Below, piece after piece: positions 32,104 through 42,568 of a DNA stretch of 62,706 bases. How positions within the stretch are numbered: position 1 is the first letter of the stretch; each line of letters starts with the position of its first letter. The notes under the pieces are model-generated. The model did no database searches. It worked only from the letters and a program-made list of their open reading frames with translations, and was not told the origin of the DNA. The translations under genes and the position numbers were made by a program. Source of the DNA: Candidatus Rokuibacteriota bacterium (GTDB lineage: Bacteria; Methylomirabilota; Methylomirabilia; Rokubacteriales; CSP1-6); the NCBI GenBank assembly GCA_003221455.1, contig QHRX01000024.1, positions 1-62,706 of the forward strand, given 5' to 3'.

Positions 32104-32649
32104 TCACCCGTCGCGGAACCCGGACGCCCGCGCCCGGCGCGCGTTGTCGAGCGCGCGGTCCACGTAGTAGCCGAGCACGGTGCCGTAGAAGACGGCGTGG
32201 GCGGGGAGCTGGTCCAGTGGGTCCCCGTTCGCCCGGATCCACTCCCACCCCGCCAGCGGCGCCACGGCGAGGAAGTTTACGGCCCAGAGCGCCACACCGT
32301 AGAGCCCCCCGGCGCCGACGACGATCGCGGTCGACGGCGACATTTCCGCCGAGGACATCACGAGGCCGAAGAACGCGCCGAATAGGGCGGACAGGAGTAC
32401 GTGCAGGGCCCCGCCCGTGACGACGGCCGAGCCGAGCGGGTAGCCCGGGTCGAGCGCGGCCCCCGCGGTCACGATCCCGGCGGCGATCCGCGCCGACCTG
32501 CCGCCGCCGACCGCCACGATCTCGAACACCGCGAGCGGGACACCCGCCACGATCCCCCCGGCGAGGCCCTGGTCGAGCCACCACCAGAGGGGCGGGCGCG
32601 GCCAGCGCCAGTCCCGCGCGGGGGGCGTCCCCTCCGGTTGATGCGCCAC
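32104..32649 (-). CDS. Hypothetical multi-pass membrane protein
   Basis: About four TM segments (GLAGGIVAG, LHVLLSALFGAFFG, YGVALWAVNF, HAVFYG). Start is 32649 or 32664. Confidence 0.7.
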   Translation of the reverse strand: MAHQPEGTPPARDWRWPRPPLWWWLDQGLAGGIVAGVPLAVFEIVAVGGGRSARIAAGIVTAGAALDPGYPLGSAVVTGGALHVLLSALFGAFFGLVMSSAEMSPSTAIVVGAGGLYGVALWAVNFLAVAPLAGWEWIRANGDPLDQLPAHAVFYGTVLGYYVDRALDNARRARASGFRDG

Positions 32650-32981
32650 GCCGACAGTATGCACTGGCGCGGGCGCGTGAGGGCCGGGGATGGCGGAGGC
32701 TACGCCGAGCGCGGCCAGTCGAGGCCGGGGTCCGAGGCGCTCAGGAACTCAGCGCCCTAGCAGCACGGCGGGCGGCTCAGGACGAGTCGCCCCTGCTCTT
32801 TCGGGCCCAGAAGCGGAGACCACCGCGGAGCCCAGTTCACAGGGCTCCGGAACGGCCGCGATGGAGGGGGCGCTGGCGCAGGCCATCGATTCCCGCAACG
32901 GCCGCGCGCTGTCTAGCTCTCGAAGCCGCAGACGTCCCGGCCGCCCGCGACGGCGGTTTCCGGGGCGGCCCCGGTCGCCGG

Positions 32982-33407
32982 TCACCCCTGCTTTTTCGCG
33001 ACGCCGTGGACGACCGAGGTCGTATCGGTCCCGATCAACTGAACCTCGTTATTCGAGGTGATCACAAAGGCCAGCGTCTCCGTATGCCCGGGGACGAACT
33101 GACAGGTCGCCGTCCCCATCCCTGTCGGGTCGACGGAATACATGCAGGAGAAGGTCTGGTGGATGACCGCCGCGCCGGTGGAGTATCCGACGCTCAGCGT
33201 TCGCAGGCCGTTCAGGATGTTGCCGTGCCCATCCGCATACAACGAGCCGACCGCGGCGACGCGGGTCCCGTCGACGAAGGCCCCGTCGAAGGAGAACCCG
33301 TACGTGCCCTGGACGTTGCCCACCGTGAAGGAGCCGGCGCCGGACCCCGAAGCGGCCAGCGTGACGAGCCCCAACGCCAACACCGGAACCGACAGCCATT
33401 TCGTCAT
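32982..33407 (-). CDS. Hypothetical secreted beta-barrel-like protein
   Basis: RBS GAGGAG; signal peptide; beta-strand pattern GTYGFSFDG...ADGHGNI...YSVDPTGMGT. Confidence 0.75.
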   Translation of the reverse strand: MTKWLSVPVLALGLVTLAASGSGAGSFTVGNVQGTYGFSFDGAFVDGTRVAAVGSLYADGHGNILNGLRTLSVGYSTGAAVIHQTFSCMYSVDPTGMGTATCQFVPGHTETLAFVITSNNEVQLIGTDTTSVVHGVAKKQG

Positions 33408-33639
33408 CGACGATGCTCCTCTGGTCAGGTCGTTCGCGGCCACTCTGGCGGGGGCCACCAACCGCTCCCCGGTGCGTTCGCCGAGGCCTCACGTCACCGC
33501 GGCCGCACCGAGGCAGGTGGTGGGGAGATACAACTTTCGGGCCATCGGCGGTGGCATTGTAAGGACGGGAGTTTACAGCGACGGGTGTCGACCGGAGACT
33601 TCCCGGATGCGACAGTCGACTGTCGCGTCCGTCGCGCGA

Positions 33640-35025
<1,386 letters not shown>

Positions 35026-35307
35026 CACAGTACGCCTCCGGGGAGGACGGCGACCGCCCCCCGCTCGGGTAGAAGGCAACCCGCGTACCAATCGATAACT
35101 GGCTGATCTGCCGGTCGAGTTTGACGCGGGTCGCCTCGTGAGTGTGCCCCCTGGGCATCGACAGGACAGCGTGGCACGGGGAGTCCTGCGGTCTCGCCTC
35201 CCCGCCCCCCGGCCTGGCGGGATGAAGTGTCCGGAGACCCCCATTTGACCAGCGCGCAGAAGTTCGGAGAGACTCGTGCGTGAGGCTCTGACGCCTGAGG
35301 AGGGGCG

Positions 35308-36105
35308 ATGCAAAGAGACGACGTGGAGCGCCGTGTGCTGGACGCCGTAGGGCGCGCGATGGGGCAGTTCTCGATGCTGCGGCCGGGTGACCGGGTCGCC
35401 GTGGGGGTGTCGGGGGGAAAGGACAGCCTCTGCCTGCTCCATGCCCTCGTCCTCCACCAGCGACGCGTGCCGGTCAGCTACGAGCTGATCGTCCTCACCA
35501 TCGAGCAGGGCAAGTTCACGGCCCCGATCACGGCGCTCGCGTCGCAGATCGAGCGCCTGGGGGTCCGATGGGTGGTGCGCGAGGACCCCGCCACGCTCCG
35601 GCTCGTGCGAGCGGGCGCCGCGCACGGCTGCGACGTCTGCAGCCGCCACCGGCGACGCACCCTCTACCAGGTCGCCGCGGAGCTCGGCTGCACGACCTTG
35701 GCGCTCGGTCACACGGCCGACGACTGCGCGGAGGCGCTCCTGCGGAACATCCTGTTCAACGGCCGGATCGCCTCCCTGCCGCCGGTCGCCCAGTCGCGGA
35801 AAGGAACGCTCCGGCTGATCCGCCCGCTCGTCTACGCCACCGAGGAGTTGACGGCCGCGTACGCGACCGCCCAAGGGTTCCGCACCGTCGGCTGCGTCTG
35901 CGGCGAGCGGGCGAGCGTGCGCCGGGAGATCCGCGACTTCCTCGCGGGCCTCCGTCACCGGCACCCGGGCGTGGCGGAATCGATCGGCGCCGCCCTCGCC
36001 AACGTGAGCCCCTACACGCTGTTCGACCGAGCGCTCACCAAGGCGGGCGCTGACGTCTCGCCGGCTCTCGCCGGGGCGCCGGACGAGGACGCGTCGCGCG
36101 CGTGA
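35308..36105 (+). CDS. ttcA: TtcA-family tRNA thiolation PP-loop ATPase
   Basis: Motifs SGGKDS, CDVC, GHTADD and LIRPL; RBS GAGGAGG. Confidence 0.78.
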   Translation: MQRDDVERRVLDAVGRAMGQFSMLRPGDRVAVGVSGGKDSLCLLHALVLHQRRVPVSYELIVLTIEQGKFTAPITALASQIERLGVRWVVREDPATLRLVRAGAAHGCDVCSRHRRRTLYQVAAELGCTTLALGHTADDCAEALLRNILFNGRIASLPPVAQSRKGTLRLIRPLVYATEELTAAYATAQGFRTVGCVCGERASVRREIRDFLAGLRHRHPGVAESIGAALANVSPYTLFDRALTKAGADVSPALAGAPDEDASRA

Positions 36106-36821
36106 CCCGGCCGCCTCTCCAGGCGCTCCTGCTCGATCTCGACGACACCCTCCTCGACTACTCCGGCTCCGCCGCCCGGTGCTGGGAGGAGGCGTGCCGG
36201 GCCGTCGCCGGACCAGCGGGGGTGGACCCGGAGGCGCTCGCCGGAGCCATCGCCCTAGTCGGTCCCTGGTTCTGGTCGGATCCCGCGCGCCACCGCCGCG
36301 AGCGCGTCGACATGCTGCGCGCCTGGGAGCGGATCGGCGCGCGCGCGCTGGCGCGCCTCGGGGTCGCCCCCGACGGCCTCGCGGCCGCCCTGGCCCGGGA
36401 CTTCGCCGCCCGCCGCCGGGAGGCGATCCGCCTCTTCCCCGACGCACGCGGGACCCTCGAGCGGCTCCGGCGTCGGGGCATTCCGCTCGCCCTCGTGACG
36501 AACGGCGACGCGGGCCAGCAGCGCGACAAGATCGAGCAGCACGACCTCGCACGCTATTTCGACGCGATCGTCATTGAGGGGGAGTTCGGCGCCGGCAAGC
36601 CCGACGAGGTGGTCTACCGGCACGCGCTGGCCGCGCTCGGCGTCGCGCCCGCCGAGGCCTGGATGGCGGGCGACCATCTGGAGTTCGACGTGGAAGCGCC
36701 GCAGCGGCTCGGGCTTCGCGGCGTGTGGGTCGATCGCCCCGGACGCGGCCTGCCCGCGGAGAGCACGGTCCGGCCCGACCGGATCATCCGCGCGCTGGGA
36801 GAGCTGACCGACGGGCTCTGA
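36102..36821 (+). CDS. HAD-superfamily hydrolase
   Basis: Motifs DLDDTL, TNG, GKP and GDHLEFD. Confidence 0.9.
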   Translation: MTRPPLQALLLDLDDTLLDYSGSAARCWEEACRAVAGPAGVDPEALAGAIALVGPWFWSDPARHRRERVDMLRAWERIGARALARLGVAPDGLAAALARDFAARRREAIRLFPDARGTLERLRRRGIPLALVTNGDAGQQRDKIEQHDLARYFDAIVIEGEFGAGKPDEVVYRHALAALGVAPAEAWMAGDHLEFDVEAPQRLGLRGVWVDRPGRGLPAESTVRPDRIIRALGELTDGL

Positions 36822-37279
36822 TCTGACGTCAACGGCGCGTCGCTGTCCGCGAGGCGCTCGTCTACCTTCGACGGACGTAACGACGGCGGACTGGCGGGCG
36901 CGATCGCGGAAATGGCCGGCGTCGCCCTGCGATCCGGGGCCGCCGGTCGGAGTAGGAACTATCAGCGGCACTGCGGCCGTGGAATCGACTCGACGCGAGA
37001 CGACTTTCATACGTGGGTTGAGGAGAAACGGCTTTATGTCGTGAAGGTTATCCGTGCCGTCCTTCGATTGGTGGCCCCATATCGGAAGCTGCTGCGCTGG
37101 TCCATCGGGAGTCTTGCTCCTACACCGTCTCTATCGGATTAGCCTCCTCTCTATGTCACTTTGCCGCCTCCAGGGGACACGCTCCTAGAGGGGGTCGCGT
37201 GAGCTGGCTCGTGACCCCACCCGTGAGCGACCGCGGCCGCGTCGTGGCGGCCGACACGAGCGCTCGCCGCGTATGGACC

Positions 37280-37621
37280 TCACAGGCCCAACGCCTTCCG
37301 GAGTCCTTGATCGATCGCCTCCACATCGGGCGTGGCCATCGTGCCCAGCTTTCGATCGATCATGGTTCGCTTGATCGTCCGGAAGATTGCGGTCGCCACG
37401 GAGGGGAAGAGCAAACCGGCCCCCTTCCAGTCTGAGATCAAGTGATCGCAGAAAAGACGACGTCGCGCCACATTGCTGGTAATGGCCGCCACGATTACTT
37501 CCTGCCGCCCCCGGTGGTAGGCGGCAGAGCTGATCACGACGGCGGGGCGAACTTTCTTCCCCGACTCATCGGAAAACACGAACCCTACCAAGACGACGTC
37601 GCCTCGGCTACACGCGGTCAT
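37280..37621 (-). CDS. PemK/MazF-family toxin
   Basis: Motifs RGDVVLV.F, KVRPAVVIS and VAAITS. Confidence 0.9.
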   Translation of the reverse strand: MTACSRGDVVLVGFVFSDESGKKVRPAVVISSAAYHRGRQEVIVAAITSNVARRRLFCDHLISDWKGAGLLFPSVATAIFRTIKRTMIDRKLGTMATPDVEAIDQGLRKALGL

Positions 37622-37868
37622 ATTGCGAATCTCGCGGGTTGTCCCAGAGCCCCGCGAGCACGGGATCCGCCTTTGCGGTCAAGGCGAGCATGCCCTCGCT
37701 CTCATCCCCGAGGTCTTCGCGCAACCGTTCCTCGATCGCCTCCAGGATATACTGCCGGACCGTGAGGTCTCGCTTCGCGGCGGCCAGCCGGAGGCGACGC
37801 CGCACTTCTGGCCGTACGTCGAGGCTGATCCGCGGCCGTTTCGGCGATGACTCCATTGGTCGTGGCAT
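37608..37868 (-). CDS. Ribbon-helix-helix antitoxin
   Basis: RPRISLDVRPEVRRRLRLAAAKRDLTVRQYILEAIE; its C-terminus WDNPRDSQYD overlaps the toxin start. Confidence 0.8.
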   Translation of the reverse strand: MPRPMESSPKRPRISLDVRPEVRRRLRLAAAKRDLTVRQYILEAIEERLREDLGDESEGMLALTAKADPVLAGLWDNPRDSQYDRV

Positions 37869-37892
37869 CTGCGTTCCCCCCCTTCGCGACGA

Positions 37893-37921
37893 AGGGTGAC
37901 ACAGAGTGTCCATGGTGTCAA
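37893..37921 (-). promoter_or_regulatory. Toxin-antitoxin promoter/operator
   Basis: TTGACA-N17-CACCCT, containing GACAC direct repeats and an inverted GTGTC. Confidence 0.55.
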
Positions 37922-38035
37922 TGACGCCAAGGAACATCGATCAGCTGAATGGTAGCCGAGCGCCCGGTACCAGCGGTCAGGCGCGACGGCCCCCCCTCGG
38001 GAGTCGGCTGGGCGGGCCCCGGCCGACCGGCCGCG

Positions 38036-38362
38036 TCAGCGGCTCGCGGGGCGGAAGATCGGACCGCGCAGCTCGTCGATCGAGGCCAGCGTGACGGGCT
38101 GGCCCGCCGAGAGCCCCGCGGGGTCGCCCTCGAGGCGCGCCGTGAGCCGCGGGCCCTCCACCAGCTCGAGGAGGCCGACCGCGTACGGCGCCTCGGCCTC
38201 GTAGCGCGCGGGCGCCACACGGATCACCGTCCACGAGACGAGCCGGCCGCGCCCCGAGAGGGTGACGTCGCTGCCGTCGGCGGCGCCGCAGGCGGGGCAG
38301 GAGCGTCCCCGATCGAGCGAGAGGGTGCCGCAGCCGGCGCAGCGACGGGCCGGGAGCGTCAG
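38036..38362 (-). CDS. DUF35-type Zn-ribbon/OB-fold protein
   Basis: The frame upstream of the listed ORF reads LTLPARRCAGCG...CPACG...GRGRLVSWTVI. Probable CTG start overlapping the thiolase stop. Confidence 0.82.
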   Translation of the reverse strand: MTLPARRCAGCGTLSLDRGRSCPACGAADGSDVTLSGRGRLVSWTVIRVAPARYEAEAPYAVGLLELVEGPRLTARLEGDPAGLSAGQPVTLASIDELRGPIFRPASR

Positions 38363-39516
38363 AGCCTCCCGAGGATCGTCACCGTGCTGACGACGCCGGT
38401 CCCGCCGAGGTTGTGGGCGAGGGCGACCTCGGCGTTCCGCACCTGGTTCGCGGCGTCGCCGCGGAGCTGGCGCACGAGCTCGTAGACCTGGGCACAGCCG
38501 GTCGCGCCGACCGGGTGGCCCTTGGCGATGAGCCCCCCGGAGGGGTTGACGGCGACCTTGCCGTCGAGGCCGGTCCAGCCTTCCTCGACGGCCGGCCCGC
38601 CCTTGCCCTTCGGAAAGAAGCCCAGGTCCTCGGTGGCGACGATCTCGGCGATCGTGAAGCAGTCGTGCACCTCCGCCACCTGGACCTCGGCGGGGGTCAC
38701 CCGCGCCATCGCGTAGGCTTCGCGCGCGGCGCGCACGGTCGCCGGGAACGACGTGAGGTCCGTCGTCTCCCAGAGCGTCGCTGGCCCGGTGGCGTGCCCG
38801 CTGCCGAGCACCCGGACGGGCGTGCGGTGAAAGTCACGGCCGCGGTCGGCGGGGCAGAGCACGAGGGCGGCGGCGCCGTCGGAGATGGGCGGGCAGTCGA
38901 AGAGCCGGAGGGGGTCGGCGATCAGCCGCGAGCCGAGGACCTCGTCGAGGGTGACCCGCCGGCGGAACTGGGCCTTCGGGTTGGCCGCGCCGAGCCCGTG
39001 GTTCTTGACCGAGACGAGCCCGACCTGCTCGCGCGTGGTGCCGTAGCGCGCCATGTGCTCGCGCATGATGATGCCGAACGCGCCCGGAAAGGTGAGCCCC
39101 GTGCGCATCTCGCGCTCCTCGTCGCCCGCGGTGGCGAGGGCGGCGGTCACCTCGGGGGTCGGCGACGCGGTCATCTTCTCGGCGCCCGCCACCAGGACGA
39201 AGTCGTAGAGGCCGAGCGCGATTCCGAGGACGCCGTGGCGGAGCGCGATGCCCCCCGAGGCGCAGGCGCCCTCGACCTTCGTGGCCGGGATGCCCGGGAG
39301 TCCGAGCCGCCCGGCGAGGAGTGCGGCCAGCGAGCCCTGGCTCGCGAGCCGCTCGCCGACGAAGTTACCGACATAGAGGGCCTGGATCTGCCCGCGCGGG
39401 ACGCGCGAGTCGGCCAGCGCCTCGCGGCACGCGGCGACGGCGAGCTCGACGAGGCCCGTGCCCTCCACCCGACCGAACGGGGTGGAGCCGACGCCAACGA
39501 TCGCCACCTCTCGCAT
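38359..39516 (-). CDS. SCP2-type thiolase
   Basis: Motifs VEGACASG, DCPPISDGA, HDCF and GHPVGATG. Confidence 0.92.
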   Translation of the reverse strand: MREVAIVGVGSTPFGRVEGTGLVELAVAACREALADSRVPRGQIQALYVGNFVGERLASQGSLAALLAGRLGLPGIPATKVEGACASGGIALRHGVLGIALGLYDFVLVAGAEKMTASPTPEVTAALATAGDEEREMRTGLTFPGAFGIIMREHMARYGTTREQVGLVSVKNHGLGAANPKAQFRRRVTLDEVLGSRLIADPLRLFDCPPISDGAAALVLCPADRGRDFHRTPVRVLGSGHATGPATLWETTDLTSFPATVRAAREAYAMARVTPAEVQVAEVHDCFTIAEIVATEDLGFFPKGKGGPAVEEGWTGLDGKVAVNPSGGLIAKGHPVGATGCAQVYELVRQLRGDAANQVRNAEVALAHNLGGTGVVSTVTILGRL

Positions 39517-39549
39517 GGACGGCCCCCCTCCCTTTCTACTCTACCCCCG

Positions 39550-40527
39550 TCAGGGCTCGGGGGGGCGCGACCGCCTGGGGCCGGCCCCGGGCGCTTCTCC
39601 CGCGGGCGCGCCGAGTCGTCCGCCGGGCGCGCCGACCCCGGGCCCGGTCAGGAGCCGTCGCACGTCGTCGGCGTAGCGGACCTCCGAGTCGTCCTGGGGC
39701 CGGTAGCCCAGCACGCGGCGGGCGCTCTCGAGCGACCAAAAGGCCCGGGTGTTGTCGCTGACCCCGTAGACCACGAGCCAGGGGACGCCGTGCTCGTTCT
39801 CGATGCGCGGCGTCTCGATGCTCCGGCGGAAGAGCTGACGGAGGTCGCGCTCGCTCACCCACGCCCCGAGGTCGCGCTTGAAGTTGGCGAGGCCCGACCC
39901 GCCGGGCCCCACATGCTGCTCCCGGAGCGGACCCTCGTAGTGCGCGCCCGACACGTCGCGGGGCGCGCCGATCCGCACCTGCACCACTTCGAGCTTCCGG
40001 CCGAAGGCGCCAGAGGCGTAGACGAAGCCCAGGAGCTCGTAGCAGGCCTTCGCCCAGCCGTAGAAGTTGTCGGACAGCGGCGGGTCGTCGGGGGAGACCA
40101 GCTCGCGCCCGCGCGCGTGGACCAGCGCGTGCTCGTACCAGTCGGCCGCGTGATTCGAGCTCGCCGCGACCACCCGTCGCACGCCGGCGTCGTAGGCGGC
40201 GCGGTAGACGTTCTGGGCCATCCGGACGTTGGCGAACTCGGTCTCGAACCGGTCGCCCGGCGGCACGTCCTCGGCCCCGCCCGCGTGTCCGGGGGGCCGG
40301 TAGCCGAGGTGCACGACGGCGTCGACGCCGGCGAAGAGGCTCTGGTAGCGCGTCCGGTCCGGATCGGTCAGGTCCGCCACCACGACCCCGGGCACGCGGC
40401 GGCCGCCGCGGTCGGTCTCCGTCACGTCCACGAGGCGGAGGTCGAACTCGCGCCGGAACTCGTCGAGAAGCTGGCCGGCGATGTAGCCGCTGGCCCCCGT
40501 CATCAGCACCGCTCGCTTGCCCGCCAC
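39550..40527 (-). CDS. NAD-dependent epimerase/dehydrogenase (uronate dehydrogenase-like SDR)
   Basis: Motifs TGASGYIA, ASSNHA, YGWAK, RIG and LGYRPQD. Confidence 0.85.
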   Translation of the reverse strand: MAGKRAVLMTGASGYIAGQLLDEFRREFDLRLVDVTETDRGGRRVPGVVVADLTDPDRTRYQSLFAGVDAVVHLGYRPPGHAGGAEDVPPGDRFETEFANVRMAQNVYRAAYDAGVRRVVAASSNHAADWYEHALVHARGRELVSPDDPPLSDNFYGWAKACYELLGFVYASGAFGRKLEVVQVRIGAPRDVSGAHYEGPLREQHVGPGGSGLANFKRDLGAWVSERDLRQLFRRSIETPRIENEHGVPWLVVYGVSDNTRAFWSLESARRVLGYRPQDDSEVRYADDVRRLLTGPGVGAPGGRLGAPAGEAPGAGPRRSRPPEP

Positions 40528-40555
40528 GTCCCCGCTCGCCCCCGCCGACCTGCGC

Positions 40556-41776
40556 TCAGGCCCGGCCGGCGGCCTGGCGGCCGCGGCGGGAGACCGCATC
40601 GATCGTGACGGCGGCCAAGAGCACGCCGCCCGTGATCATGAACTTGACCGACGACGCGAGCGCCAGCAGGTCCATCCCGTTCGAGATGGAGCCGATCACG
40701 AGCGCGCCGAGCAGCGCCGACCAGATGGTGCCCCGCCCGCCGAAGAGGCTCGTGCCCCCGATCACGGCCGCCGCGATCGCGTTGAGCACGACGTCGCCGC
40801 TGCCCGAGGACTGGTTCACGGCGAGCAGGCGAGAGGCGGCCAGGATCCCGCCGCAGGCGGCGAGGGTCGCGGACAGCGTGAACACGAGGACGCGCACCCG
40901 ATCGACCGCGACGCCGGCGCGCCGGGCCGCCTCCGCGTTGCCGCCGACGGCGAAGACGTGCCGGCCCCAGCCGGTCCGCGTGGTCACCCAGTCGAAGGCG
41001 ACGACGAAGCCCAGGAGGATCAGCATCGCCAGCGGCACGCCGCGGCCGGCGTCGAGGACGGCGATGGCCAGCAGGATCCCGCCGCCGACCAGGACGATCC
41101 GGGCGACGAGCGCGCCCGTCGTGCCGACGCCGAGCCCGGCGGCCACGCGCCGGCGGCGCGCGCGGGAGAGGCTCGCGAGGAAGACCGCGACCGCGGCGAG
41201 CCCGACGAACCAGCCCAGCCGCGGCCCCAGGAAGATTCCGGCCAGGTTCGTGATCGCGGGGTCGGTGAGGTTGACCGTGCCCGTGTCGCCGAGCACCCAG
41301 AGCAGCAGGCCCTGCCAGCCGAGGAGGCCCGCCAGGGTGACCACGAACGAGGGGACGCGGAAGCGCGTGATCCAGACGCCCTGGAGGAGACCGATGCCGG
41401 CGCCGGCGAGGACGCCGACGCCGACGGCCAGGGCGCCGGGCAGGCCCGCCTTGACGTTGAGCACGGCCATGACGGCGGCGCAGAGCCCGCTGACGGCGCC
41501 GACCGACAGGTCGATCTCGCCCAGCAGCAGGACCAGCACCACGCCGACGGAGATCGTGCCCATGGCGGCGATCTGGAGGACCAGGTTCGTGAGGTTGCGC
41601 GGGGTGAGAAAGTTCGGGTTCAGCGACTGGAAGACGATCGCGATCAGGATCAGCGCGGCGACGACCGGCAGCGAGCCGATCTCGCCCTGGGAGACGCGGC
41701 GCCAGACCCCCTCGAGGGTCCCGGCGAGCCCCGGCCGGTCGGCGATCAGCCGGGGGTCGCCGGCGATCGCACTCAC
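40556..41776 (-). CDS. xylH: Sugar ABC transporter permease (XylH-like)
   Basis: Motifs LLLGEIDLSVG, VPSFVVTLAG and AIAAAVIGGTSLFGGRG. Confidence 0.85.
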   Translation of the reverse strand: MSAIAGDPRLIADRPGLAGTLEGVWRRVSQGEIGSLPVVAALILIAIVFQSLNPNFLTPRNLTNLVLQIAAMGTISVGVVLVLLLGEIDLSVGAVSGLCAAVMAVLNVKAGLPGALAVGVGVLAGAGIGLLQGVWITRFRVPSFVVTLAGLLGWQGLLLWVLGDTGTVNLTDPAITNLAGIFLGPRLGWFVGLAAVAVFLASLSRARRRRVAAGLGVGTTGALVARIVLVGGGILLAIAVLDAGRGVPLAMLILLGFVVAFDWVTTRTGWGRHVFAVGGNAEAARRAGVAVDRVRVLVFTLSATLAACGGILAASRLLAVNQSSGSGDVVLNAIAAAVIGGTSLFGGRGTIWSALLGALVIGSISNGMDLLALASSVKFMITGGVLLAAVTIDAVSRRGRQAAGRA

Positions 41777-42561
41777 GCGGCGCCGGCGGGCGCCGGCGTC
41801 CCGAACTCGGCGCCGGTGATCGCGGCCACGATCTGCTCGCGGCTGGCCGCGCGGGCGTCGAAGTTGCCGGCGCGCCGCCCGAGGCGCAGGACCACGATGC
41901 GGTCGCAGACCTCGAAGACGTCGGCCAGGTTGTGGCTGATCACGACCACGCCGAGGCCCTGGGCACGCAGGCGCTTGATCAGGTCCAAGACCTGGCGCGT
42001 CTGCGCGACCCCGAGCGCGGCCGTGGGCTCGTCGAGGAGCACGACCTTGCTGTTCCACATGACGGACCGGGCGACCGCGACCGACTGCCGTTGCCCGCCC
42101 GACAGGGAGGCGATCGGCGTGCGCACGCTCGGGATCTGGACGGAGAGGTCGCGGAGCACCTGGATCGCCCGCTGCTCCATGGTGACCTCGTCGAGCGCCG
42201 CCACCAGGCCGGGGATGACCGGCCGGACCACCTCGCGGCCGAGGAAGAGGTTGGCGACCACGTCCAGGTTGTCGCAGAGGGCGAGGTCTTGGTAGACGGT
42301 CGAGATCCCGAGCCGCGCGGTGTCATTCGGCCCGCCGATCGTCACCTGGCGCCCTTCGAAATGGACCTCCCCCGAATCGGTCGCGTAGATCCCGGCGACG
42401 GCCTTGATCAGGCTCGACTTGCCGGCGCCGTTGTCGCCGACGAGCCCGACCACCTCGCCCGCGTACACCTCGAAATCGACGTCGTAGAGCGCCTGGACGG
42501 CGCCGAATCGCTTGCGGATCCCGCGGAGCTCGAGGAGCGGCGTCCGGTCGGGGCGAGCCAT
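41773..42561 (-). CDS. Sugar ABC transporter ATP-binding protein (single domain)
   Basis: Motifs GDNGAGKS, YQDLAL, LSGGQRQ and LDEPTAALG. Confidence 0.93.
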   Translation of the reverse strand: MARPDRTPLLELRGIRKRFGAVQALYDVDFEVYAGEVVGLVGDNGAGKSSLIKAVAGIYATDSGEVHFEGRQVTIGGPNDTARLGISTVYQDLALCDNLDVVANLFLGREVVRPVIPGLVAALDEVTMEQRAIQVLRDLSVQIPSVRTPIASLSGGQRQSVAVARSVMWNSKVVLLDEPTAALGVAQTRQVLDLIKRLRAQGLGVVVISHNLADVFEVCDRIVVLRLGRRAGNFDARAASREQIVAAITGAEFGTPAPAGAA

Positions 42562-42568
42562 GGGCGCC

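Noticed and set aside
35172-35190. TGGCACG as a sigma-54 promoter upstream of ttcA
   Set aside because: No TTGC at the required -12 spacing.
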